Below, one piece after another: positions 56,448-64,000 of a stretch of 64,000 bases of DNA; the first letter of the stretch is position 1; each line of letters opens with the position of its first letter. The notes beneath the pieces are model-generated. The model was not told the DNA's origin. It saw only the letters and a list, made by a program, of their open reading frames with translations, and ran no database searches. The stretch is from NCBI GenBank assembly GCA_963719555.1, contig CAVRCL010000013.1, positions 1,463-65,462 of the forward strand. Direction: 5' to 3'. This DNA is from Thermoanaerobaculia bacterium (GTDB lineage Bacteria; Acidobacteriota; Thermoanaerobaculia; Multivoradales; JAGPDF01). The position numbers and the translations under genes are program-made.

Positions 56448-56466
56448 CGCGATCGAAGAACGCCGC

Positions 56467-57801
56467 CTACGCGCCGACCGCGGAACCGGGCAGCTCGATC
56501 GCCTCCTCGGCGACCCAACGGACAGACTTCGAACAGGGACACACGCCACCCACCCGGCGCAGCTGAGGCATCGTCTTCTGGGCCTCGTCGGCGGTCTTCT
56601 CGCCTCGCGCCACCGCCCGGAGGTTCTCGACGAAATCCTGGAAATCTCGGGTCGCGCGATAGCCGTCGGGCAGCGTCCTGGTCAGATGAGCGAGATAGCT
56701 CTCGAGGTTGTCGAATCGCTCGCCGTCCACCCCCACCAGAGAGAAGGCGGGAACGCCGCGGCGACGCCCGTACTCGCGGTGCGGCAGCCGCAGCAGCTCC
56801 TCGAACTTCACGCCCTGGAAGCTCCCGCGATCGCGCTCGAGCGTCGCCAGTCCGGCCTCGGCGTCGGTGAGCGAGAGCTCGGGCAGCCGGGCGCGCAGGT
56901 AGCGCATGTTCAGATCGCGCACGACCTTGGCGCACTCCTTCGCATACTGATCCTGGGACTCGGCGTTCTTCAGCGGCTTCAGGCCCCATTTGACGTTGGT
57001 CGCCCCGCCGCGCTCGTCGCCGAACATCTCGTAGGCCCTGGGCACCCACTTGTTGAGATGCTTCTGGATGACCTCCATCGTGATCATGGGTGATCCGCCG
57101 GCGGCCTTCACCACCCAGCGGCGCAGCGGAACGACACCGGTCGCGAGATGGAAAGCCTCCTCGCGCAGCATCTGCGGCATCGAATCGGCCATCGGCGAGT
57201 AGGCCGAGACCTTCTGCAGCGAGAGCTGGTACTTGCCGACCCGGTCGATCAGGGCGCAGAACACGATGTTGTCGACGAACGACTCGAAGTCGATGTTGAA
57301 CGCGCCGAGGACATGGGAGCCGGTCTTCATCGACAGGATCTCCTCGACGGTCTGCTCCTGCGTCTGCCCGGTGACCGGCTGCCAGTCGTCGTCGGTCAGC
57401 AGGTGCAGCATCTGGTAGCCGTGACGCAGCTCCTCGGCCATCATCCGCAGCACCATCGCCTGTTCTTCCTCGTCCTGGGCGCGGGCGAGGGTCAGCTGAT
57501 GCTGCTGGATCGAGCCGAACTCGGTCGATGCCTGGGCGCGGATCGCGCTCACCAGATGGTGCGCCGCCTCGGGCTTCATGTCGCGGGCCCGGGTGTACTT
57601 CGGCTTCCCCTGGTCCTCTCCGCACTCGATGCTGCACGGCATGCCGCACTCGCGATAGGCGCAGAGGCGGAACTTGTCATCGCGCGGGAAGTAGCGGTCC
57701 CAGTTCTCGATCAGGTAGGCGAAGTCGGGGAGATAGGTATCGCGCCAACGCTCCACCGCCTGATGGAACTTTCTCGGGATCTCGGTCGTCGTCGTCGCCA
57801 T
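56467..57801 (-). CDS. BoxB-like diiron-carboxylate oxygenase (PaaA/BoxB ferritin-like superfamily)
   Basis: 444 aa, intact. TEFGSIQQHQ...MAEELRHGYQMLHLL...IDRVGKYQL...MLREEAFHLATG aligns by eye with BoxB segments TEPASVEQQRH...EEGRHLWAMVYLL...TDRDGKFQL...MLTEEAHHLFVG (two E...ExxH diiron motifs). C-terminal GGVCPCSKSV. Confidence 0.55.
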   Translation of the reverse strand: MATTTTEIPRKFHQAVERWRDTYLPDFAYLIENWDRYFPRDDKFRLCAYRECGMPCSIECGEDQGKPKYTRARDMKPEAAHHLVSAIRAQASTEFGSIQQHQLTLARAQDEEEQAMVLRMMAEELRHGYQMLHLLTDDDWQPVTGQTQEQTVEEILSMKTGSHVLGAFNIDFESFVDNIVFCALIDRVGKYQLSLQKVSAYSPMADSMPQMLREEAFHLATGVVPLRRWVVKAAGGSPMITMEVIQKHLNKWVPRAYEMFGDERGGATNVKWGLKPLKNAESQDQYAKECAKVVRDLNMRYLRARLPELSLTDAEAGLATLERDRGSFQGVKFEELLRLPHREYGRRRGVPAFSLVGVDGERFDNLESYLAHLTRTLPDGYRATRDFQDFVENLRAVARGEKTADEAQKTMPQLRRVGGVCPCSKSVRWVAEEAIELPGSAVGA

Positions 57802-57807
57802 GTGTCC

Positions 57808-58296
57808 TCAGGTCCTCGCGTCCGGGCTGGTGCCCAGGTCCTTGCAGTAGGGACGCAGCGTGTCGGGCTCGAAGCCGAGACGGGTGAAGAACATCTCGAC
57901 ATCGGGCATTGCCGCATCCACCATCGTTCGCACCTTGCGGACACCGCGTGCCTGGAAGCGCTTCAGCATCTCCTGCGCCAGCGCCCGCCCGATTCCGCGC
58001 CCGGCGCAGTCGGGATCGACACCCATCACTTCTATCCACCCGCACTGCTCCTCGATCCCGAACTCACCCGAGCGGATGTCGCCGAGCATGAAGCCGGCGA
58101 CCTCGCCGTCGATCTCGGCCACCACCGACCCCTCGGGGGCGCGGCGCAGATAGTAGGTCACCCGGCCCTCCCAGAGATCGGGCTCATAGCGACTACGCAT
58201 CTTCTCGCCGATCCGGACGATGCCGTCGAGATCGAGCTCGGTCAGGGAACGGACTTGGATCGCTTCTGCAGACAATCGGCCACCTCGCCACGGCAT
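57808..58296 (-). CDS. GNAT family N-acetyltransferase
   Basis: ...VVAEIDGEVAGFMLG...IEVMGVDPDCAGRGIGRALAQEMLKRFQARGV...FFTRLGFE has the R-x-x-G-x-G/A acetyl-CoA motif. The start (58296 or 58323) is uncertain. Confidence 0.65.
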   Translation of the reverse strand: MPWRGGRLSAEAIQVRSLTELDLDGIVRIGEKMRSRYEPDLWEGRVTYYLRRAPEGSVVAEIDGEVAGFMLGDIRSGEFGIEEQCGWIEVMGVDPDCAGRGIGRALAQEMLKRFQARGVRKVRTMVDAAMPDVEMFFTRLGFEPDTLRPYCKDLGTSPDART

Positions 58297-58411
58297 TCTA
58301 TCGGCTGCCCGTGCGTCCGCCAATCGTCGGCTCGCCCGACTCGCTCACCTCCCGGCGCAGCGAGCCGCGCCGGCGCGCTTTCGCCCCTCCGACACCCGCT
58401 AAGATCCGCTG

Positions 58412-59314
58412 ATGTCCGCGACCCGCGACGCGCCTGCCGCCCCCGCCGCCGATCGCGCCGCCCTGGTGGCGCTCCTCGCCGTGCAGGTGATCTTCGCCAC
58501 CCTGCACGTGGTCGGCAAGTTGGTGTTGGCCGAGATCCCGGCGCTCGCCTTCGCCAGCAGCCGGGTACTGATCGCCGCACCCTTCCTCGCCATCATGGCT
58601 TGGAGCCACGACCGGATACTTCCCGCGCGCCGCGATTGGGCTGCGCTCACCCTGCTCGGACTGCTCGGGGTCTTCGCCAACCAGGTGCTCTACCTCGTCG
58701 GCCTGCGCTTCACCACCGCCACCAACGCCGCCATCCTGATGCCGTCGATTCCGGTCTTCACCGTCGCCGCCGCCGCCATCCTGGGAGCCGAGCGCCTGAC
58801 GGCGCGGCGCGTCGCTGGCGTCGCGCTCGCCGCGGTCGGAGCGCTCGTGCTGCTCGATCCGGCCCGCCTCGAGCTCGGCGGGCAGACCGCTTTCGGCAAT
58901 CTTCTGGTGGCTGGAAACTGCCTGTGTTACGCCTTCTATCTCGTCCTGCTGCGCCCGCTCCTCGCCCGCCTGCCCTGGCGTACGGTGGTCGCCGGGGCCT
59001 TCGTCACCGGCGGCACGGCGACCCTCCTGGTCTCGCTGCCGACCATCGCCCGGGTCGACTGGGCGACAGTACCAGGCGTCACCTGGCTGGCGATCGCCTA
59101 CGTCGGGGTCTTCCCCACCGTCGGCACCTACGCCCTCAACATCTGGGCCGTGCGGCGCACTTCGGCCTCGCTGGCGGCAGCTTTCACCACCCTGCAGCCG
59201 CTCTTCACCGCGGTCCTCGCGACCCTCCTCCTGCACGAGAGCTTCGGCTGGCTGCAGGCGGCCGGCCTCGGCCTCATCGTCTCCGGCCTGGCGGTCGTCT
59301 CACGGCGCAGCTGA
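58412..59314 (+). CDS. DMT-superfamily (EamA) transporter
   Basis: 300 aa, 10 predicted helices in two EamA-like halves. ...LLAVQVIFATLHVVGKLVL... and ...AIAYVGVFPTVGTYALNIWAVRR... Confidence 0.75.
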   Translation: MSATRDAPAAPAADRAALVALLAVQVIFATLHVVGKLVLAEIPALAFASSRVLIAAPFLAIMAWSHDRILPARRDWAALTLLGLLGVFANQVLYLVGLRFTTATNAAILMPSIPVFTVAAAAILGAERLTARRVAGVALAAVGALVLLDPARLELGGQTAFGNLLVAGNCLCYAFYLVLLRPLLARLPWRTVVAGAFVTGGTATLLVSLPTIARVDWATVPGVTWLAIAYVGVFPTVGTYALNIWAVRRTSASLAAAFTTLQPLFTAVLATLLLHESFGWLQAAGLGLIVSGLAVVSRRS

Positions 59315-59337
59315 CGCCGCCCTGCTCCATCGCCGAC

Positions 59338-60966
59338 TCAGGGGCAGGTCGCGAAGGCGTCGCTGTCGGTGATCGCCGGGGACCTCCGGCCGAGCGGATT
59401 GAAGTAGCGGCGCGACCGGCCGGTGTCGGTATCGATGGCCGTCAGGGTGTACTCGACATCCGTCGTTGCCGCGGCGTAGACCCAATGGCGCCCGAACTCG
59501 GCGCAGGCATCGACGACCTTCACCAGCACTTCCAGATTGGACTCGGCGAAGAACCAGAAGAGCCCCGAGTCGGCGGTCAGCGGATAGGAATGCCCGACGC
59601 CCCGACGCCCCTGATAGTCGTGCCACTCGACGGTAATGCGGAAGCGGTCGGCGCCGAGGCAGAGCGCCGACGAGTTCGCCGCGCAGCTGTGGTCCTGCGG
59701 CACCAGGACAAACTGCCGTGCGACGATGTCCTGCGGCAGCGTCCCCTCGGCGAGATCGTCCCAGACGACGACGAACTCGTTGCCGCCGAGCGCGGCGACG
59801 CGGACGTTGCCCGGATCGGTGTGGGTGGCATTGAGCACGACTTCGCCGCCAACCGGCCCAGAGGCCGCGAACGCGCGCGCATAGACCGCACTCCCCTCTT
59901 CGACGAAGCCGTTCTCGCCCCAGACGGCGACGAAGCCGTCGCCCACCGCGGCGACCGCGGAGTCCGCGGTGTTCGGGGCGCGCGCAGTACGCAGCGCCAG
60001 CTCGGCGCCCAGCGGCGAGCCGTCGGCGGCGAAGACACGCGCGGCGATGCCGGTTCCGGACCCCGAGGTGGGCGGCGCGAGGTCGGACTTCCAGACCACC
60101 GCGAAGGCGCCCGTCGGGCTCACAGCGACCGTCGGATGGCTCGGCCGACGACCGCTCGGCGCGACCTCCAAGGCCGGAGCGACAGCCGCGCCCTCACCAT
60201 CGAAGAGCTGCGCCCGGACATGCAGATTCGCCTCCTGCTCGCCCTCGACCCAGACCAGCACGAAGCCGCCGTCGCTGCGCCAGGCGACATGCGGCTGACG
60301 CCGGCCGACGACTCCGACCGCGCCCAGCGAGCCGACCTCACCCAAGGCCGTGCAGTACCCGCTGAGGCGGCGAAAGAAGATGCTCGGCGGAACGTCGGCG
60401 ACACGCGAGTTCTCCTGCCAGACGACGACGCTCCTTCTGGCGCTGTCCGTCGCCACGCGAACGTCGGATGGGAGCCGCGTAGCCGGCGAGATCGTGCCTG
60501 CGTCGACCCGGACCAGCCCGGAGGCCGGCATACCCTGGATGTCGGTGCAGTAGGCGTCGATCTCGGCACCGCCGAGTTCCGGTCGATCCACGAGGCCGAC
60601 GAGAACCCCGTAGCCCTCTCCGTCGAGGCCGAGATCCGGACGCTGCAGGGACACATCGATCAGGCTTCCCGGCAGGAACTCACCGTGGCGCAGCACCCGG
60701 CGCTGGCGGCCGGTCGGATGGCTGAAGTCGAGCCGCTCCGCCTGCCAGGCTACGCCCCAGTTGCCGTTGCGATCCGCGGCGATGTTGGCGAGCGACTCGT
60801 AGTCGCCGTCGGCTTGACTGACCGCGATCTCGTCGCCGACCGGAACGACTTGCGAAGAGAGCGGCGGGGCGGCCGCGAACAAGCAGACTGACCCGAAAAC
60901 GCAGGCGGCGGAAGCCGCCGCGAACGAACGACGGCGGCTGCCGATGGGACGGTGCTGGGCTTCCAT
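59338..60966 (-). CDS. Secreted repeat protein with a conserved Cys-containing C-terminal domain (hypothetical)
   Basis: ATG 60964-60966. Signal-like ...AASAACVFGSVCLFAAAPPLSS. Repeated ...VVW/VAW... strands. C-terminal ...ALCLGADRFRITVEWHDYQGRRGVGHSYPLTADSGLFWFFAESNLEVLVKVVDAC...WVYAAATTDVEYTLTAIDTDTG...YFNPLG...ATCP. Confidence 0.45.
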   Translation of the reverse strand: MEAQHRPIGSRRRSFAAASAACVFGSVCLFAAAPPLSSQVVPVGDEIAVSQADGDYESLANIAADRNGNWGVAWQAERLDFSHPTGRQRRVLRHGEFLPGSLIDVSLQRPDLGLDGEGYGVLVGLVDRPELGGAEIDAYCTDIQGMPASGLVRVDAGTISPATRLPSDVRVATDSARRSVVVWQENSRVADVPPSIFFRRLSGYCTALGEVGSLGAVGVVGRRQPHVAWRSDGGFVLVWVEGEQEANLHVRAQLFDGEGAAVAPALEVAPSGRRPSHPTVAVSPTGAFAVVWKSDLAPPTSGSGTGIAARVFAADGSPLGAELALRTARAPNTADSAVAAVGDGFVAVWGENGFVEEGSAVYARAFAASGPVGGEVVLNATHTDPGNVRVAALGGNEFVVVWDDLAEGTLPQDIVARQFVLVPQDHSCAANSSALCLGADRFRITVEWHDYQGRRGVGHSYPLTADSGLFWFFAESNLEVLVKVVDACAEFGRHWVYAAATTDVEYTLTAIDTDTGRSRRYFNPLGRRSPAITDSDAFATCP

Positions 60967-61094
60967 GGGTGGCTCCTTGCCCTGCGCAGATGGGGTCGAA
61001 ATCAACCTAGCACACGGCCGGACTCCGTCCGGCACGGTCTCGGAACGGGGTCCGTGGAACCGGGAAAAGAGGTACGGAGTACGGGCGCGAACGC

Positions 61095-62051
61095 TCAGCC
61101 GGCGGCGGTGGGCACGGGCTGTTCCGGCGGGACATGCTCGTGGGCGTGGTACGACGAGCGCACCAGCGGACCGGCCTCGCAATGCAGAAAGCCGAGCTCG
61201 AGCGCGTACTCCTTGTGCGCCGCAAACTCGTCCGGGTGGACGTAGCGGTCGACCGGGAGATGCTTCGGCGTCGGCTGCAGGTACTGCCCGATCGTCACGA
61301 CCTGGACGCCGGTCGCACGGATGCCACCGAGCGTGGCGCGGACCTCGTCGGCCGTCTCCCCGAGCCCCAGCATGATTCCGGTCTTCACCCGACCGGCGAA
61401 GCTCCCCGCGTCCCTCCGCCGGGAGGCTTCGGCGAGCAGCGCGAGCGTCCGGTCGTACCGGCTGCCGGGACGGGCTTCCCGGTAGAGGCGCGGCACCGTT
61501 TCGGTGTTGTGCGAGAAGACCTCCGGCGCCGCCGCCAGGACGACGTCGAGGGCGTCGGGGACGCCGCGGAAGTCGGGCGTCAGGACCTCGACCGCGCAGG
61601 AGGGGTTGCGATCGTGGATCGCCCGGATCACCGCCGCCCAGTGGCTGGCACCGCCGTCCGGCAGGTCGTCGCGGTCGACCGAAGTGATGACGGCGTGCCG
61701 CAACCCCATCGTGGCGACCGCCGCAGCGACGTTGTCGGGCTCGGCCGCATCCACTCCCGGATTCGGCTTGCCCGAGGTCACGGCGCAGAAGCCGCAGCGG
61801 CGGGTACAGATCTCGCCCAGGATCATGAAGGTGGCGGTGCCGTGCTCGCCCCAGCACTCGTAGATGTTGGGGCACTTGGCCTCTTTGCAGACGGTGTTGA
61901 GATTCAGGCCGTCGACGAGCCTGCGGACCTCGTGGTATTTGGCCGGCGTCGCCAGTTTGATGCGCAGCCATTCGGGTCTTCGCAGGCGCGCGGACGGATC
62001 GAGGCCGGGACGCGCAGCGCTGCCGCCGATCTGGATGAGATTTTCGCTCAC
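61095..62051 (-). CDS. lipA: Lipoyl synthase
   Basis: ...LNTVCKEAKCPNIYECW...ATFMILGEICTRRCGFCAV (CxxxCxxC radical-SAM plus N-terminal CxxxxCxxxxxC), ...VITSVDRDDL..., ...TKSGIMLGLGET-like KTGIMLGLGET..., ...RSSYHA. Confidence 0.9.
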   Translation of the reverse strand: MSENLIQIGGSAARPGLDPSARLRRPEWLRIKLATPAKYHEVRRLVDGLNLNTVCKEAKCPNIYECWGEHGTATFMILGEICTRRCGFCAVTSGKPNPGVDAAEPDNVAAAVATMGLRHAVITSVDRDDLPDGGASHWAAVIRAIHDRNPSCAVEVLTPDFRGVPDALDVVLAAAPEVFSHNTETVPRLYREARPGSRYDRTLALLAEASRRRDAGSFAGRVKTGIMLGLGETADEVRATLGGIRATGVQVVTIGQYLQPTPKHLPVDRYVHPDEFAAHKEYALELGFLHCEAGPLVRSSYHAHEHVPPEQPVPTAAG

Positions 62052-62095
62052 GAGGTGGATTCTATCGCCGCTCCCGGAAACGGCGTGGCCGCCGG

Positions 62096-62950
62096 CTACT
62101 CGTCGAAGTCGAGCGCCACGTCGAGGGTCGGCGCCGAGTGCGTGATCCAGCCGACCGAGATCAGGTTGACGCCACTCTCGGCGACCGCGCGCACCGTCTC
62201 GAGGGTGATGCCGCCGGAGGCCTCGCAGATCGCCCGGCCGCGGATCCGCTTGACGGCGTCCGCTAGCTCCGCCGGGGTCATGTTGTCGAGCAGGATGACG
62301 TCGGCGCGGGCGGCGAGCGCCTCCTCGAGCTGCGCGACCGTCTGCACCTCGCACTCGATCTTCACCAGATGGCCGACGGCGGCGCGCGCGCGCTCGATGG
62401 CCGGCGCGACACCGCCTGCCGCGACGAGGTGGTTGTCCTTGATGAGCACCGCGTCGTCGAGTCCGAAGCGGTGATTCGCGCCGCCGCCGCAGCGCACGGC
62501 GTACTTCTCCAGGGCGCGCAGGCCGGGGGTCGTCTTGCGTGTACAGACGATTCCGGCGTGCGTGCCGGCGACCGCGTGCACCAGCGCCCGGGTCGCCGTC
62601 GCGACGCCGGAGAGATGTCCGAGGAGGTTGAGCGCCGTGCGCTCGCCGGTGAGGATCGCCCGCGCCGGACCGCTGATCCGCGCCAGCGTCGTCTTCGCCG
62701 ACACGACGTCGCCGTCGCTGACGAGGGACTCGAACTTCACCCTCCCGTCGAGCAGCGCGAAGACCCGCTCGGCCATCGGCAGCCCGGCGATCGAACCGCC
62801 GCTGCGCGCCACGATCGCGGAGTTGGCCAGGGTCTCCGGCGGGATCGTCGCCTCGGTCGTGAGGTCCCCGGCACGGCCGAGATCCTCTGCCAGAGCGAGC
62901 CGCAAGAGCGGTTCGTAGATCAACGGATATGGCGGCGTAGGGCGGATCAT
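62096..62950 (-). CDS. nadC: Nicotinate-nucleotide pyrophosphorylase (carboxylating)
   Basis: ...ALAEDLGRAGDLTTEA...ILTGERTALNLLGHLSGVAT...TRKTTPGLRALEKYAVRCGGGANHRFGLDDAVLIKDNH...LLDNM...EASGGIT... ATGA overlap with nadB. Confidence 0.9.
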   Translation of the reverse strand: MIRPTPPYPLIYEPLLRLALAEDLGRAGDLTTEATIPPETLANSAIVARSGGSIAGLPMAERVFALLDGRVKFESLVSDGDVVSAKTTLARISGPARAILTGERTALNLLGHLSGVATATRALVHAVAGTHAGIVCTRKTTPGLRALEKYAVRCGGGANHRFGLDDAVLIKDNHLVAAGGVAPAIERARAAVGHLVKIECEVQTVAQLEEALAARADVILLDNMTPAELADAVKRIRGRAICEASGGITLETVRAVAESGVNLISVGWITHSAPTLDVALDFDE

Positions 62951-64000
62951 GCGATCGCCGTCGAAAGCAGCTCGGCGTCGTCGGACGGCGCGTCTGGCGG
63001 CGCCGCGAACCGCAACGCGATATCGGCGCCGGAGATCTCGACATCGAGAAACTGGCGGTATCGCCAGGCTTGCGCGGACTCCGGGATGTCGCTGCGGAAG
63101 TGCGCCCCACGGCTCTCCTGCCGATGCAGCGCGGCGGCAGCCACCAGCGTACCCGCGATCGCCAGGTTGCGCACCTCCGACGGCGCCGCCCCGACCTGGC
63201 GGAGAATCCCGGCGAAACGCCGCTGCGCCGTGGCGAGCCCTGCGGCATCGCGCACCAACCCGAGGCGCTCCCACGCCAGTTCGCGGATCTCGCGCCGCAG
63301 TTCGGCGAAGGCGGTGATCGGATCGAGACCGCTGCCGGGAATGGCGCGCTCGCCGGCGCCGGCCTCCTCCTGCGCCGACCAGGCCGAACCGGCCATTCCC
63401 GGTCGCGGCTCGCGGCGGGCGCTGGCTCCGATCGCCTCGGCGACGCGCGAACCGAATACCAGTGCTTCGAGGAGCGAGTTCGAAGCCAACCGGTTTGCGC
63501 CGTGGACGCCGGTCGCGGAGACCTCGCCACAGGCCCAGAGCCCCGGGAGGCTCGCTCTCCCCCACTCGTCCACCGCTACTCCCCCCATGTAGTAGTGGGC
63601 CGCCGGCACCACCGGCATGAGATCGATCCGGGGATCTATGCCGGCGCGCTGGCAGTTGCCGAAGATGGTCGGAAACTTCTTCGGAAAACGCTCCCCGATG
63701 GCCACGCGGCCATCGAGAAAGACTTTTCGGCCGGCGGCCAGCTGCTTCCAGATTCCGCGCGCGACGATGTCTCGCGGCGCGAGCTCCGCTTCGGCGTGCT
63801 CGGCAGGCATGAAGCGGAGGCCCTCGTCGTTGACCAACGTCGCGCCTTCGCCGCGCAACGCTTCCGAGAGGAGCGGCAGCGGGTCGAGGTCGACCGCGAG
63901 CGCCGTGGGATGAAACTGCACGAACTCGAGGTCGACGAGGCGGGCTCCCGCTGCGGCGGCGAGCGCAATACCGTCGCCGGTCGACTCGGGCGGATTGGTC
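62947..64000 (-). CDS. nadB: L-aspartate oxidase; 5' end outside the window
   Basis: Frame is open to the window edge: TNPPESTGDGIALAAAAGARLVDLEFVQFHPTAL...MGGVAVDEWGRASLPGLWACGEVSATGVHGANRLASNSLLEALVFG...HRQESRGAHFRSD. Confidence 0.9.
   Translation of the reverse strand, partial: TNPPESTGDGIALAAAAGARLVDLEFVQFHPTALAVDLDPLPLLSEALRGEGATLVNDEGLRFMPAEHAEAELAPRDIVARGIWKQLAAGRKVFLDGRVAIGERFPKKFPTIFGNCQRAGIDPRIDLMPVVPAAHYYMGGVAVDEWGRASLPGLWACGEVSATGVHGANRLASNSLLEALVFGSRVAEAIGASARREPRPGMAGSAWSAQEEAGAGERAIPGSGLDPITAFAELRREIRELAWERLGLVRDAAGLATAQRRFAGILRQVGAAPSEVRNLAIAGTLVAAAALHRQESRGAHFRSDIPESAQAWRYRQFLDVEISGADIALRFAAPPDAPSDDAELLSTAIA

Noticed and set aside
57148-60891. 1,247-aa plus-strand ORF, the longest in the track. 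Similar giants occur at 38712-42101 (N-terminal two-thirds), 20413-22560, 53246-55267, 6988-8781, 11685-13214, 14111-15604 and 17108-18373.
   Set aside because: They are Arg/Ala/Gly/Pro/Asp-rich and low in complexity. They lie antisense or out of frame to genes with clear family motifs (BoxB-like, GNAT, EamA, glgX, GGDEF and others). Stop-codon scarcity in ~70% GC DNA explains them, and no motif was recognised in any of them.

Overview
This 64-kb window comes from a very GC-rich bacterial chromosome. GC is about 70% by eye over most of the window, with strong third-position GC bias. That bias produces many long Arg/Ala/Pro/Gly-rich shadow ORFs on both strands, which I do not call. All identifications come from motif recall and my own translations; no database search was possible.

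Layout:
- (1) Positions 1 to ~5,000 form a visibly AT-richer accessory island, entirely on the minus strand. It carries a GNAT gene, a brnA-like antitoxin with a 5'-truncated brnT, and a dense short-repeat array ending in a perfect 19-bp inverted repeat. It also carries an antitoxin stub, a colinear DUF262 -> HEPN -> AlbA_2 gene string (all frame-broken), an intact parE-type toxin/antitoxin pair and one unknown ORF.
- (2) Positions ~5,000-7,700 are GC-rich but still look accessory. They hold an intact nifV homocitrate synthase, a cysE stub and a frame-broken rnfB, with no nitrogenase genes anywhere in the window.
- (3) Positions ~7,800-64,000 are ordinary core genome:
  - an esterase / GATase1-like / ATP-grasp cluster, ogt, secreted repeat proteins, an M13 peptidase, a thioredoxin-like protein and a BNR/sialidase-like protein;
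  - glgX, korAB, an OmpR/HK pair, nuoB-nuoCD-nuoI, a SpoIIE phosphatase, an SLT transglycosylase, xerD, an MBL hydrolase and a LeuA-like/LeuB-like pair;
  - MFS transporters, an M28 peptidase, mazEF, DUF1428, add, coaD, an S55 peptidase with a large propeller protein, tsaC, recN, ykgJ and FHA-GGDEF;
  - a GATase1 / proline dehydrogenase / BoxB-like oxygenase / GNAT operon, an EamA transporter, lipA, nadC and nadB.

No rRNA, tRNA or CRISPR array was seen by eye.

Observations most worth follow-up:
- the DUF262-HEPN-AlbA_2 string as a candidate non-canonical defence module;
- the repeat/hairpin element sitting between two truncated genes, with a further partial copy exactly at the GC break;
- the orphan nif-associated genes;
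- sharply localised clusters of +/-1 frame disruptions (6.7-10.1 kb, 22.2-25.1 kb and the island), which may be assembly artefacts rather than biology;
- two CTGA stop/start overlaps implying CTG initiation for glgX and add.
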